Shown here: positions 1 to 9,592 of the stretch, in pieces
Numbering within the stretch: the first letter of the stretch is position 1
How the letters are laid out: each line of letters starts with the position of its first letter
Origin: Ktedonobacterales bacterium
GTDB taxonomy: Bacteria; Chloroflexota; Ktedonobacteria; Ktedonobacterales; JADMIN01
Reading direction: 5' to 3'
NCBI GenBank assembly: GCA_030167145.1
Contig: CP126532.1
Coordinates: 1,890,001-1,922,000, forward strand
Length of the DNA: 32,000 bases
Position numbers and translations under genes: made by a program
Notes under the pieces: generated by a model
The model's database searches: none
Told to the model about the DNA's origin: nothing
Seen by the model: the letters and a program-made list of their open reading frames with translations, nothing else

Positions 1-69
1 GGGAGTTCCCAGCATGAATGCTGCGGCTAATCCCGATTGCAGGGGTGCGAACTGATTCGCCCACGCTGC

Positions 70-1779
70 TCAGGCATCCACGGCGTAGAGGTAGCTGTCA
101 CCTGAGCCGATATAGACCACATTGCCCGCTATGGTCGGTGCGGCGTAGACAGCGTTGTCCGCTTGGAAGCGCCAGCGCTGCGCGCCCGTGGTTGCATCGA
201 ATGCATAGACATAGCCGTCAAACGAGCCGGCATAGACGGCGCCATTAGCCGCCGCGGGCGCGCTCACAGCGCCGCCCGCCTGGAAACGCCAGATCTGTAC
301 GCCGGTCATCGCATCTACGGCGTAGAGGTAGTAGTCTTCGGAGCCGACATAAGCAGCGCCGTTCGCGACGGCGGGAGCGCTCACAATGTCACCCGTTTTG
401 AAGCGCCAAAGTTGTGTACCCTTCACCGCATCCACCGCGTAGAGGTAATGATCCTTTGAGCTGACATAAACCACGTCATTCGCCACCGCCAAAGATGAAG
501 ACGCGATGGCGCCGCCCGTTTTGAAGCGCCAGAGTTGCGTACCTTTTGTCGCGTCCACCGCGTAGAGATAGTGATCAAACGAGCCGACATAGACCACGCC
601 ATTCGCCACTATTGGCGAGGCGAAAACAACGTCACCCGTTTTGAAGCGCCAAAGTTGGTTGCCAGTTTTCGCGTCCACGGCATAGAGATAGTGATCAAAC
701 GAGCCAGCATAAACGATGCCGTTCACCACAGATGGAGAGGAGACCGCATTGTTGTTGGTTTGGAAGGTCCAAATCTGTGCCCCCGTGTTGGCGTCCACGG
801 CGTAGAGATAGCCATCTGTTGAGCTAAAATAGAGAATGCCATCCACAACCATTGGCGAGGAGTTCACAGGGCCACCTGTCTGGATACGCCATAGCTGTGT
901 ACCTGCACTCGCATCCACAGCATACAGATAGTGGTCATTTGAGCCGACATAGATCACGTCATACGCCACTGCGGGCGAGGAGTCCACAATGCCGCCCGTC
1001 TGGAAGCGCCAGCGCAGGTTACCCGGAATCGGAATCGGGGTTGAAGTCGGAGTGGGCGCGAGCGTCGCTGTGGGCATGGGCGTAGGTGTGGGTGTGCGGG
1101 ACAACTGCGTGTGCGCTGAAATCACATCATGTGATGCAACCAGCCAGGCTGAGCTTCCAATGGTCGCCAGGGCAGCCAAACTCACTCCGGTCCGTATGAG
1201 TAGCTTGCGTCTCGACACGACTGGCATGGGAGGCGTCGGATGAGAAGCAGGATACGGGCTGGATGTTGGGGTTGGCTGTATATGCCACGTCGGAGACGAA
1301 ACCGAGGGCGTCAACGGCATCGGGGGTGGAGGCGTGTTCGGCGTAAGGGGTTTCGGATCTATCAAGGTAGGGGTCTGCGTGGCGCTTACGGCAGCGACAA
1401 TACTATCTATGATCTGCTCAAAGGGTATCGCTAACGCATCAATCCAGAAGAAGGCGCTGAGCATCGGTGGCACTGTGCATGGACCGATGCGCACCGGCAG
1501 GAGCAGGCGCGTCGGATCATCCGGCATCAAGCCAAGCGCGGTCTGTATTTCGAGCTTGACCCAGAAGGAGTCGAGCGCATGCTGCGTCAGTAGCACAATG
1601 AAGGTTGGGCGCTGCTGGATCTCCCGCTCAATCATTGCGCCAAGTATCTGCCCGTTCTGCGCATTGTTTCGGTCGTACCATACATCGAGGCTACGTGCCC
1701 GCAGCGCCGCCACATACCGGTCGCACAGCTCATTATCGGCGTGCGAATGGCTCACGAAAACGGCGTGCGTAGTGTCCAT
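70..1779 (-). CDS. TIR domain / single transmembrane segment / 8-bladed PQQ-like beta-propeller protein
   Basis: ORF 70..1911, with the start set at ATG 1779 (MDTTHAVFVSHSH). The N-terminus FVSHSHAD...DVWYD...FIVLLTQHALDSFWVKLE fits a TIR (TIR_2-like) pattern and includes the conserved Glu. Pro/Thr-rich linkers flank one hydrophobic segment preceded by SRRK (SRRKLLIRTGVSLAALATIGSSAWLVA). The C-terminus is eight ~40-aa repeats D(H/G)YLYAVDAxTGxQLWRFxTGG, typical of PQQ-like propellers. Confidence 0.8.
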   Translation of the reverse strand: MDTTHAVFVSHSHADNELCDRYVAALRARSLDVWYDRNNAQNGQILGAMIEREIQQRPTFIVLLTQHALDSFWVKLEIQTALGLMPDDPTRLLLPVRIGPCTVPPMLSAFFWIDALAIPFEQIIDSIVAAVSATQTPTLIDPKPLTPNTPPPPMPLTPSVSSPTWHIQPTPTSSPYPASHPTPPMPVVSRRKLLIRTGVSLAALATIGSSAWLVASHDVISAHTQLSRTPTPTPMPTATLAPTPTSTPIPIPGNLRWRFQTGGIVDSSPAVAYDVIYVGSNDHYLYAVDASAGTQLWRIQTGGPVNSSPMVVDGILYFSSTDGYLYAVDANTGAQIWTFQTNNNAVSSPSVVNGIVYAGSFDHYLYAVDAKTGNQLWRFKTGDVVFASPIVANGVVYVGSFDHYLYAVDATKGTQLWRFKTGGAIASSSLAVANDVVYVSSKDHYLYAVDAVKGTQLWRFKTGDIVSAPAVANGAAYVGSEDYYLYAVDAMTGVQIWRFQAGGAVSAPAAANGAVYAGSFDGYVYAFDATTGAQRWRFQADNAVYAAPTIAGNVVYIGSGDSYLYAVDA

Positions 1780-2047
1780 TTCGCGCTTTCCCCTACACGG
1801 CACACACACGTGCAACACGCTCATTCGCTCTCCACGTGGAGCGCACGCTGCGTCTGTATCGTGCGAGCATTGTAGCACGGACCGTCTAGCGGCGCACGCC
1901 GGAGAGCGCACGGCGTGCGCCCCTACGGATGGGGTGGCAGGCAGACAGGAAGGGCCGCCTCGCCAGCGAGCGAGGGCAGACAGGAAGATCTACCCTACCG
2001 CCGAGGCCGGCGGGACGCCGGCGGTACAACGGATGCAGCGGCGAGCG

Positions 2048-2716
2048 CTAGCGCAGGATGGCCTGGCCGATGGCAGTGATGCGGTCGCCGATGTCCTTTA
2101 GATGCACGCCGACCAGTAGCAGCCGGTGCAGTGGCGCGCCAGGGGTGTTGGCGCTGATCGCCTGCTCGACGATGGCCTTGAAGGATAGATACAGCCGTCC
2201 AAGTTCGGCATCTTCCTGGAGCAGCCGCCGCGCCAGCGACTTGCGGCGGGTGGTGGTGAGGATGACCACGCCGCGCACCTCGATATACGTCTGGCGCACC
2301 ATCTGCGTGAGCAGCAGCGAGGCATCGGTGCCGACGCGCACCAGTTCCGCATCGCTCATCGCCCCCAGCCAGAGCGCATGCTCGGCGATGCGGCGGCCAT
2401 CCTCGGCGATACGCGCCAGTTCGCCCGCGATCTGCTGAAGCTCCACGACGCGCCGAATCTCATCGGCGCCGGGCTGATGCCAGGCGAGAATCGAGAGTCC
2501 TTTCTGATGGATGGCGGTATGCCGCTGCTCGCAGACGCGGGCCGTGTCAATCGCCATGCGCGCCACTTCGGCGGGCTGCTCGTAGAGCGCCGCCGCCGCA
2601 TTTTTGAAGATGTCCTCGGCAAAGAGGCCAAGCTCCGTCGTCTCATCGGCCAGGCTGCCGATCTCGTCCTCCAGGCGTCCCACTCGCTCTGCCATCTCCA
2701 CCACAAACTGCCCCAT
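2048..2716 (-). CDS. PhoU-domain protein (phosphate-uptake-regulator-like)
   Basis: 222-aa helical protein starting at ATG 2716. Two repeat segments (ELQQIAGELARIAEDGRRIAEHAL and HLKDIGDRITAIGQAI) resemble the PhoU ERIGDxxxNIAE signature. Confidence 0.65.
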   Translation of the reverse strand: MGQFVVEMAERVGRLEDEIGSLADETTELGLFAEDIFKNAAAALYEQPAEVARMAIDTARVCEQRHTAIHQKGLSILAWHQPGADEIRRVVELQQIAGELARIAEDGRRIAEHALWLGAMSDAELVRVGTDASLLLTQMVRQTYIEVRGVVILTTTRRKSLARRLLQEDAELGRLYLSFKAIVEQAISANTPGAPLHRLLLVGVHLKDIGDRITAIGQAILR

Positions 2717-2797
2717 CTTTATTCAGTGTCACCACCAGCTATAGGCATCCGCCGGTTGTTGCGCTTCTCCACTGCTACGCCCGCCAAACACTGCGGG

Positions 2798-3886
2798 TTA
2801 CGAAGTGCGCCCGAAAGGACGCAGGTGATCCCAGCCACGCGGCTCAAGCGCCTGCTCCGCGCCGTCAGGTAGACGCAGACGCATGCCGCGCTCCGGCTCG
2901 GTCAGTCGGCCAATGACGGTTGCGTCTGCGCCCACGGCGCGAACGGCATCCAGGGCAAGCGCAACCTGGTCGGGCGGCACGGCGAAGAGCAATTCGTAGT
3001 CTTCGCCGCCGGTGAGCGCGAGCGCGAGTGGATCGCGCCCAAACGCCCGCGCCACAGCCTCTGCCTCCGGCGCGACGGGAATGCTCTCTGCCGTCAACAG
3101 CGCGCCGGTGGCGCTGGCCGCGCAGAGGTGGCTGAGATCCGCCGCCAGCCCATCGCTCACGTCTAGCATAGCGTCTACCACACCTGTCGCGGCAAGAGCG
3201 CGCCCTTCGACAACCCGTGGGAAAGGCGCGACCATCGCCTGCCGCGCGCTCGCTCTCATATCAGCGAGAATCGTGCCAGTTTCCTGGCTGTCGCCGCTGG
3301 TCGCCAGCAAGACGCCAGCGGCGGCGGCGCCGAGGCGTCCCGTCACGAGGAGCACATCACCTGGCTTGCCGCCGGAGCGCCGCAGTTCCGCGCCACGCCG
3401 CACGCGGCCCAGCAGCGTCACATCCAGCGCGAACGGCCCATCGGTCGCCGCGACATTGCCGCCGACCACCGCGACAGCGAAACGCGCGGCCAGTTGGCGC
3501 ATACCAGCGTAGATGCCGTCGAGGGCGTCCACGGAGAGCGTCGGGGGCAGCAGCAGCGAGACGAGCGCCCAGAGCGGCTCCGCGCCCATCGCCGCGATGT
3601 CGCTGAGATTCACGGCGAGCGCCTTGTGCCCGATCTCTTCGGGCGTGGCGACACCCCAGAGAAAGTGCCGCCCCGCGACCTGGGCGTCGCAGGTCGCCAC
3701 CAGCAGCGCGTCTGGCCCCAGGTCGAGCAGTGCGGCGTCGTCACCCACCCCCAGCGCTACATCCGGGCGCGTGGCCAGGCCCGCCGTCAAGCGCGCGATC
3801 AGCCCGAACTCGCCCAGGTCGCGCGCCAGCATGCCTGGTTCGCCCGCAATCTGCGCGCAATCTCGTGCGCTGTCTGATGGCTCCAT
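2798..3886 (-). CDS. thiL: thiamine-monophosphate kinase
   Basis: The motif series GEFGLIARL, GDDAA, CDAQVAGRHF, IGHKALAVNLSDIAAMGAEP and TGGEDYELLF matches ThiL/AIR-synthase-related proteins. ATG 3886 with GAGG 6 nt upstream is preferred over the GTG at 3928. Confidence 0.85.
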   Translation of the reverse strand: MEPSDSARDCAQIAGEPGMLARDLGEFGLIARLTAGLATRPDVALGVGDDAALLDLGPDALLVATCDAQVAGRHFLWGVATPEEIGHKALAVNLSDIAAMGAEPLWALVSLLLPPTLSVDALDGIYAGMRQLAARFAVAVVGGNVAATDGPFALDVTLLGRVRRGAELRRSGGKPGDVLLVTGRLGAAAAGVLLATSGDSQETGTILADMRASARQAMVAPFPRVVEGRALAATGVVDAMLDVSDGLAADLSHLCAASATGALLTAESIPVAPEAEAVARAFGRDPLALALTGGEDYELLFAVPPDQVALALDAVRAVGADATVIGRLTEPERGMRLRLPDGAEQALEPRGWDHLRPFGRTS

Positions 3887-4116
3887 ATCCTGCCTCGCAA
3901 ATACCAGAGTAACCCGCCAAGTATACACAAAGGCTTATTATTTCGCAACGCGCGGTTGGCGGAAATCGCGCAACGGGCGTCCACCGGACGCCCCTACAGA
4001 GGATTTGGCGAAGCGTTTGGCACGCGAAGTGTAAGGCAACGCATGGTGATGCTGGCCTGTTTGCGCAGCGCATGGTGCGTGACCCATGTGCGGGATGAAG
4101 GGAGGACGCGCCCGCG

Positions 4117-5052
4117 ATGCTGATATCTGACCTGCTGCGCCGCCTGCGCGCGCTACCACCAAAGCGACAGGCCGGGCTACTCGCCGGATGCGCGGCACTG
4201 TGTTCGTTCGCGCTCACGCTCCTGCTGCCGATGGGGGCGCTGCTGCCCGCGCCGCGTTCGCTGCTGGGCGGCGACTATGGCGACACCACGGCAGGCGGTT
4301 CGGAGCAGGGGTGGTCATCAATCGTCATATTGACTCCCGATCCATCCACACCGACCGCTGTTCCCTGCCCCACGTATACGGGTGAGCGGCCGGACCGGGA
4401 TGAGGTGAGCCGCGCGTTGGAGCGCGCCGCCGACGCCTATCATCTGCCGCGCAATCTGCTGTTCGCCGTCGCGTGGCAAGAGAGTAGCTGGCGGCAGGAT
4501 GCGCGCTCGTGTGACGGCGGCGTCGGCCTGATGCAGATCCAGAACACCACGTGGGAATGGCTGAACGCGCAGCAGGCGCCCGCTTGCGCGCTGCGCCAGA
4601 CGAGCTACGACCCGACGACGCTGCAAGGCAACGCGGACCTCGGCGCGAAGTTCCTCGCCTGGCTGAGTTGCTACTACACGTATTGGGGCGGCAACGGTGG
4701 CGTATCGGTCAGCGCGCCTGGTAATATGACGGCTGCATGGTATTATCAGCAGGCGGGGCTGCGGCTGCCCGACACCAGGACAACCGATGGCTCGCCCAAT
4801 CCGGCGAGCCTCTGCGCCGCCGTCCTCGACGACCCGGCGTATCCCGAATATGAGGCGCTGCACACGGCATCCGCCGAGGTGTGGAGTTGCCCCTACGATG
4901 CGACCAGCGATGATCCGACGCTGCTCGATTTTGTGCTCAGCGCGTATAACCAGGGCGTCCACCGCACCAACGACAGCGGCATCCAAAACTGGGGCTATGT
5001 GCGAAGTGTGGAGGCGTATATTTCGCTGTTCGCTATTGGCGCGCTGCCATAG
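4117..5052 (+). CDS. secreted or membrane-anchored lytic transglycosylase (SLT domain)
   Basis: N-terminal hydrophobic segment (LLAGCAALCSFALTLLLPMGALL) followed by LLFAVAWQESSWRQDARSCDGGVGLMQI, the SLT catalytic Glu-Ser / GLMQ motif. GAAGGGAGGA lies upstream of the ATG. Confidence 0.78.
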   Translation: MLISDLLRRLRALPPKRQAGLLAGCAALCSFALTLLLPMGALLPAPRSLLGGDYGDTTAGGSEQGWSSIVILTPDPSTPTAVPCPTYTGERPDRDEVSRALERAADAYHLPRNLLFAVAWQESSWRQDARSCDGGVGLMQIQNTTWEWLNAQQAPACALRQTSYDPTTLQGNADLGAKFLAWLSCYYTYWGGNGGVSVSAPGNMTAAWYYQQAGLRLPDTRTTDGSPNPASLCAAVLDDPAYPEYEALHTASAEVWSCPYDATSDDPTLLDFVLSAYNQGVHRTNDSGIQNWGYVRSVEAYISLFAIGALP

Positions 5053-5063
5053 ACGCCGGGCGC

Positions 5064-6200
5064 TCAGGGCAGGATGAGGTGCAGGTCGCCGAACTCGTGC
5101 CAGAGGTAGCGTTCGCGCAGCGCCTCGGCGTAGGCGAGTTGCAGGTGCGCGCGCCCCGCCAGCGCTTCGAGCATCGCCAGATGCGACGCCTTCGGCTCGT
5201 GCAGGCCGGTCAGCAGGCCATCCACCACGCGGATGCCGCGCTCCGGCGTGACGATGAGCGGCGTCCAGCCTGCGCCGGGATGCGCCACGCCCGTTGTGTC
5301 TGCGACAGTCTCTAGCGCGCGAACGACGGTGGTGCCGACGGCGATCACATGCCGCCCGCCAGCGTGCGCCGCATTGACCAGCCGCGCCGTCTCCTCCGGC
5401 ACGCGGTAGTGCTCTTCATAGGGCGGCTCGTGCTCTTCGAGGCTGGCGACGCCGGTATGCAAGAGCAGCGGCGCGATCTGCACGCCCTGGGCCACCAACT
5501 GGGTGAGCAGCTCCGGCGTGAAGGCGCGGCCCGCGGATGGCATCTCAGCGCTGCCTAGCTCGGTCGCGTAGACGGTCTGGTAATAGCGCGAAGGCCAGGC
5601 GCGCGGCACATAAGCGTAGCGGATCGGATAGCCATAGCGCGTGAGGTAGTCGTGTAGTGGCGCGGGCAGGGCAAGCGTGGCGACCCAGAGCCGCACTGGC
5701 CCATCGGGCGGGAGCGCGGCGCGGTCGGTGGCATAGGGGGTGTGCAGCGTGGCACTGGCTCCGCCTGGCAGGCAGAGTGTCTCGCCGACGACGGCCTCGC
5801 GAAATGGGCGGGTACCATGTTCGCTGGGCAGCCGTAGCTCGACGGTCCAGAGGTCGCCGGGCAGGTGCGTGGAGAGGTGCAGCGCCAGCGGCGTGCCATC
5901 GGCGCGTAGCACGTCCAGGGCGGCGTTCATCGTGCCGCTGGTGTTGATGACCAGCACGTCACCGGCGCGCAAGAATTGCGTGATCTCGCGGAATTGTGTA
6001 TGGACGATGCAGTTGGACTCGCGATAGGAGACCATCAGCCGCACGCCGTCGCGGCCCAGGCCGCGCGCCTCTGGCGGTTCGCTCGCCTCTAGCTCCGGCG
6101 GCAGGGTGAAATCGAGCGCGTCGTGCGTGGCCTCGTCGGCCTCAGGCGGCGATGAAGAGCATGCCGTCGCATCGAGCGAATAGATGTGCTTGCGTGACAT
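5064..6200 (-). CDS. queA: S-adenosylmethionine:tRNA ribosyltransferase-isomerase
   Basis: LPPELEASEPPEARGLGRDGVRLMV, DVLVINTSGT and VIAVGTTVVRALE match QueA family landmarks (LPxELIAxxP...RDxSRL, VGTTxxRxLE). Confidence 0.8.
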   Translation of the reverse strand: MSRKHIYSLDATACSSSPPEADEATHDALDFTLPPELEASEPPEARGLGRDGVRLMVSYRESNCIVHTQFREITQFLRAGDVLVINTSGTMNAALDVLRADGTPLALHLSTHLPGDLWTVELRLPSEHGTRPFREAVVGETLCLPGGASATLHTPYATDRAALPPDGPVRLWVATLALPAPLHDYLTRYGYPIRYAYVPRAWPSRYYQTVYATELGSAEMPSAGRAFTPELLTQLVAQGVQIAPLLLHTGVASLEEHEPPYEEHYRVPEETARLVNAAHAGGRHVIAVGTTVVRALETVADTTGVAHPGAGWTPLIVTPERGIRVVDGLLTGLHEPKASHLAMLEALAGRAHLQLAYAEALRERYLWHEFGDLHLILP

Positions 6201-6255
6201 AGGGAAGCGACTTTCTCTGGGCTAGCAACGCAGCGTATGCGGGAGGCATCCCCGG

Positions 6256-7392
6256 CTAGCCCTCTGGTTCGGCCTCACCTTCGACGGGCGGATGGAAGAG
6301 CGTCAATTGCATGCCGTCCACGGCGCGCAGCCGCTGGCTGGGATTGCCCCAGGAGGAGGATACGGGCGGACCCTCTGCGGTCGCGCCGTGCGCGGCCAGC
6401 GCCGCCGCCGTCGCCGCGACATCGCCGACCGCGAACGCCAGCCGCACTGGACCGGATACGCGTCGTCCAGCTTCTATCTGGTCGGTGTAGGCGGAATCCG
6501 CTGAGTCGAGAAGCTCAAGCGTCGCGCGGCCCGCGTCCAGGAGCATCCCGCGCCCCTCTGGGGTGTTCCACTCCCGCGTGACGGGCAGCCCGAAGCCCTC
6601 GCGATACATCCGCGCGGCGGCATCGAAGTCTGGCACGGTGAGCGCGACGCGCAGTTCACATCCCGCGCCCGCCGCATCGGCAATTTCCGTCGCAGCGTTG
6701 AGCTCGCGGGCTTTGTAGCGTCCGCTGGGGAAATCGGTAGTGAGCAGGGCAAGGAGGCCGGGCACGCTCGTTTCTGGCAGTGGCCTATCGGAAATGTCCT
6801 CGCCAGGGAAGGCTTGCTGGTGAAGCGCGGTTCGCATATCACCCGGATCAACCCAGTACACGCGCCACTCAGGATGCTCGGCGGCGAGGATGTTGGTGAG
6901 TTGCTCTAGCGCGGCCTTGCTGGAGCCGTAGCCGCCCCAGCCTTCGTATGGTTCGATGGCGGCGTCGCTGGTAATGTTGAGGATGTGGGCGTTGGGTCGT
7001 AGATGCGTGCGAACGGCCTGGAGCAGCGCCAGCGGAGCGATGGTGTTGGCAAGATAGACTTGCGCAAGGACATCGAGGGGGTAATCGAGCAGCGCGGGTT
7101 GGGGGCTGGGGCCGAGGATGCTGGCATTGTTGATGACGGCATCGAGGCCGCCCAGATTGCGTGCAGTGGCGGCCAGCGCCTGGCGGTGCGCGGGATCGGT
7201 GACGTCGCCGGCAAGGGCGACGACGTGGGTGTGCGCGGCAAGTTCGCGGCGGGCGGCTTCGAGGGCGTCGGCGCCACGGGCATCCAGAATAAGTGTCCAG
7301 CCCTGCGCGGCAAGGGCGCGGGCGAGGGCGAGGCCCAGCCCACGTGAGGCGCCGGTGATGAGCGCGGTATGGGGAGATGTTGAGGTGGGCAT
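6256..7392 (-). CDS. short-chain dehydrogenase/reductase fused to a C-terminal glyoxalase/VOC-like domain
   Basis: TGASRGLG Rossmann motif and YGSSKAAL (YxxxK) of classical SDRs. The last ~125 aa (ELRVALTVPDFDAAARMYREGFGL...LTLFH) look VOC-like. Confidence 0.75.
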   Translation of the reverse strand: MPTSTSPHTALITGASRGLGLALARALAAQGWTLILDARGADALEAARRELAAHTHVVALAGDVTDPAHRQALAATARNLGGLDAVINNASILGPSPQPALLDYPLDVLAQVYLANTIAPLALLQAVRTHLRPNAHILNITSDAAIEPYEGWGGYGSSKAALEQLTNILAAEHPEWRVYWVDPGDMRTALHQQAFPGEDISDRPLPETSVPGLLALLTTDFPSGRYKARELNAATEIADAAGAGCELRVALTVPDFDAAARMYREGFGLPVTREWNTPEGRGMLLDAGRATLELLDSADSAYTDQIEAGRRVSGPVRLAFAVGDVAATAAALAAHGATAEGPPVSSSWGNPSQRLRAVDGMQLTLFHPPVEGEAEPEG

Positions 7393-7526
7393 TGCGTTTC
7401 CCTCTTTTCGCGAAGGGGCATAACATACCTTCTGAGGGTCATTCTATGCCGCCGCTTCACCATTCATCATCCCGCAAGAGGCCAGGTTTTGCCCCGTACA
7501 AAGGGACAGTGGCGAAGCAGGTGTGG

Positions 7527-9563
7527 TTAGTCTGCGTTGAGTGCTTTTATCGCGGCGGCGAGGGGTTCGCCGTAGAAGATGGGATCGACTTGCTCAACGA
7601 CATCAGCCGATACCTCTAAGAAGGAGCGCTTATTTTCGCTCGGGATCAGGGCGCGCCGAGCGCCGTTATCCATGGCAACCTGAAGTAGCTCAGCGAGTGA
7701 GCGCGGAGGCAGGATGTTGCCTTGAATGGTCAGATCGCCGATGACAACGAGTGCTGGACGTACTGAGCGTTCCTTGATGGCGGAGTAGAGCGCAATGAAG
7801 AATGCGATGCCAGCCTGGGCGCGCTGACCCGAACCGGTGAGGTCAACGGCTTGAACATGGTAATCGTAGCTGGCAAGATCACGATCTACCCCCAGTTCGC
7901 GGGCACGCGCACGCATGTAATCATAGGCGGTGGTCAGTGAGGCTTTGGTAGCAGTGTCAGGGCTGCCAGTAATCTTGAGTTTGCCGCTGCCGTTGCCAAT
8001 TTTGCCCACTTCGATGCGGTGGAGCGCGACCTTGTCTTCGTCAGTGAAGGTGGCGGAGTAGATGCTTCCGGGCGGAAGGGGGTCAGATGAGATGAGATCG
8101 CGGCCACCCTCCTCAGGTACACCGACAAAGTACTCTTGCATCGTTTCGTGGTCGATATACGAAAAGCTGGTCTGATAGTACTCGAAGGAGCCGAGCTTCT
8201 TCAGTTGCTCTTTGACCCGCCGGCGCCCTTCCAACGCGAACTCCAGATAGTCGCGCAGCTCGCCAGGCGTGACCTGACGGTCGGGATGAAGCAGTTTCAC
8301 CAGCCCCGAGACGGTCTTGCGGACGGCTTTGGCATCACGCGTATTGAGATGTGCGCCAAGGGAAAAATGGGTATCAATGATATCGGTAAAGTTTTGCTTG
8401 CGTAGCTCGCGGACGGCCTCGGCAAGATAGTCTACGACGAAGCCATAGCGTTCGGTTTGGAGGTGCGTTGCCATTTTCGGCATCTCCCAACCGGGCAGAT
8501 AGTAGTGAAGGCGATCAATGAACGCCATGTCGTCACGCATGGCGTCAGGCAATGGCGCGAAGAGATGCGACGTTCTGACAAGCACATCAATAGGTTGGTT
8601 GGTATTGCCCAGGAAGACCATTGAGGCATCGGCGCCTAATTCTTCGCGCCCACGGCTGAACGAACCGGATTCCATGTAATCTTTGAGGATCTGGATAGCG
8701 GATGTGTCGCTGAATTGGATACCAGCAACTTCGTCGAAGGCGACGACGTCCCAGAGGCCGACGAGTCCCATCTTGCCGGTGCCCATGTTGTAGAAGAGGT
8801 TGGCAACGGTGGTTTTGCCGCCGGAAACGAGAATGGCATAGGGAGTGGTTTCGCGGTAGATGAAGCTTTTGCCGGTGCCGCGCGGACCTAGCTCGATGAA
8901 GTTATAGTTGCGCTCGATCATCGGGATGAGGCGTGCGAGGAAGAGCAGCTTGAGGCGCCACTGCATGCCGTCAGGTTCGATGCCGATGCTGCGGAGTACG
9001 AGGTCGGCCCACTCGCTGGTGGTGAAGTGCTGGCGCGCTTCGACGTAGTCGGTGAGGGTGAAGCCCGCGAGTTGGATCGGCTTGAGATCGGTGACGTAGA
9101 AGGGATGGCTCTTGGGATCGTCATCTTTGTCGTCGCCGCGATAGTCGAGGTTGACCTGTGCCCAGATGCCGCCTTCGAGCAGGCGCGGATACTGGCGGAC
9201 GAGGTGGTCGGGGACATGGAGGTAGCGATTGCCGAAGTTGGCCATCTCGCCCCAGTCATCTTTCTCGGTGGAGCGCACGCGGATCTTGTCTATGTAGACG
9301 CCCTGGCCGCGGTCCTTGACGGCGAACATCGCTTTGTTGGCTTCGTCGGGGCGGATGAAGTTTTCGGAGAGGGTGAAATTGACGAGGCGCAGACCAGCTT
9401 GAATGGCGGCGGGGTCATCGGTCGCGCAGTATTTGCCCAGCAGGTATTCGAGGACATAGACCGGTACATTGGCACCGACTTTGACCGCGTGGACGAGGTC
9501 TTTGCGGACGACTTTGCCGGCGAAGATATCCGTGACTTTGCGGTCTAGCTCTGACGCGGACAT
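7527..9563 (-). CDS. brxL: BREX Lon-like protease/ATPase BrxL
   Basis: N-terminus DIFAGKVVRKDLV..VPVYVLEYLLGKYC, Walker A GPRGTGKS and a C-terminal Lon-protease-like region (VIGDLTIQGNILP). It is the last gene of the cluster, directly after pglZ. Confidence 0.9.
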   Translation of the reverse strand: MSASELDRKVTDIFAGKVVRKDLVHAVKVGANVPVYVLEYLLGKYCATDDPAAIQAGLRLVNFTLSENFIRPDEANKAMFAVKDRGQGVYIDKIRVRSTEKDDWGEMANFGNRYLHVPDHLVRQYPRLLEGGIWAQVNLDYRGDDKDDDPKSHPFYVTDLKPIQLAGFTLTDYVEARQHFTTSEWADLVLRSIGIEPDGMQWRLKLLFLARLIPMIERNYNFIELGPRGTGKSFIYRETTPYAILVSGGKTTVANLFYNMGTGKMGLVGLWDVVAFDEVAGIQFSDTSAIQILKDYMESGSFSRGREELGADASMVFLGNTNQPIDVLVRTSHLFAPLPDAMRDDMAFIDRLHYYLPGWEMPKMATHLQTERYGFVVDYLAEAVRELRKQNFTDIIDTHFSLGAHLNTRDAKAVRKTVSGLVKLLHPDRQVTPGELRDYLEFALEGRRRVKEQLKKLGSFEYYQTSFSYIDHETMQEYFVGVPEEGGRDLISSDPLPPGSIYSATFTDEDKVALHRIEVGKIGNGSGKLKITGSPDTATKASLTTAYDYMRARARELGVDRDLASYDYHVQAVDLTGSGQRAQAGIAFFIALYSAIKERSVRPALVVIGDLTIQGNILPPRSLAELLQVAMDNGARRALIPSENKRSFLEVSADVVEQVDPIFYGEPLAAAIKALNAD

Positions 9564-9592
9564 GGGCAGGTATCCTCTCTTCTCAGTGTCGT

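Noticed and set aside
3887-4116. A possible TPP riboswitch or terminator in the thiL / transglycosylase divergent region, including the hairpin GGGCGTCC-ACC-GGACGCCC at 3975-3993.
   Set aside because: I found no THI-box core (CUGAGA-type) sequence. The hairpin has no T-tract and sits between divergent starts, so its role is unclear.
4318-4986. A 222-aa minus-strand ORF opposite the lytic transglycosylase gene, together with similar antisense ORFs opposite thiL, queA and the SDR gene.
   Set aside because: They lie antisense to CDSs with clear family motifs. They have Arg/Ala/Pro-rich composition and no supporting signals.
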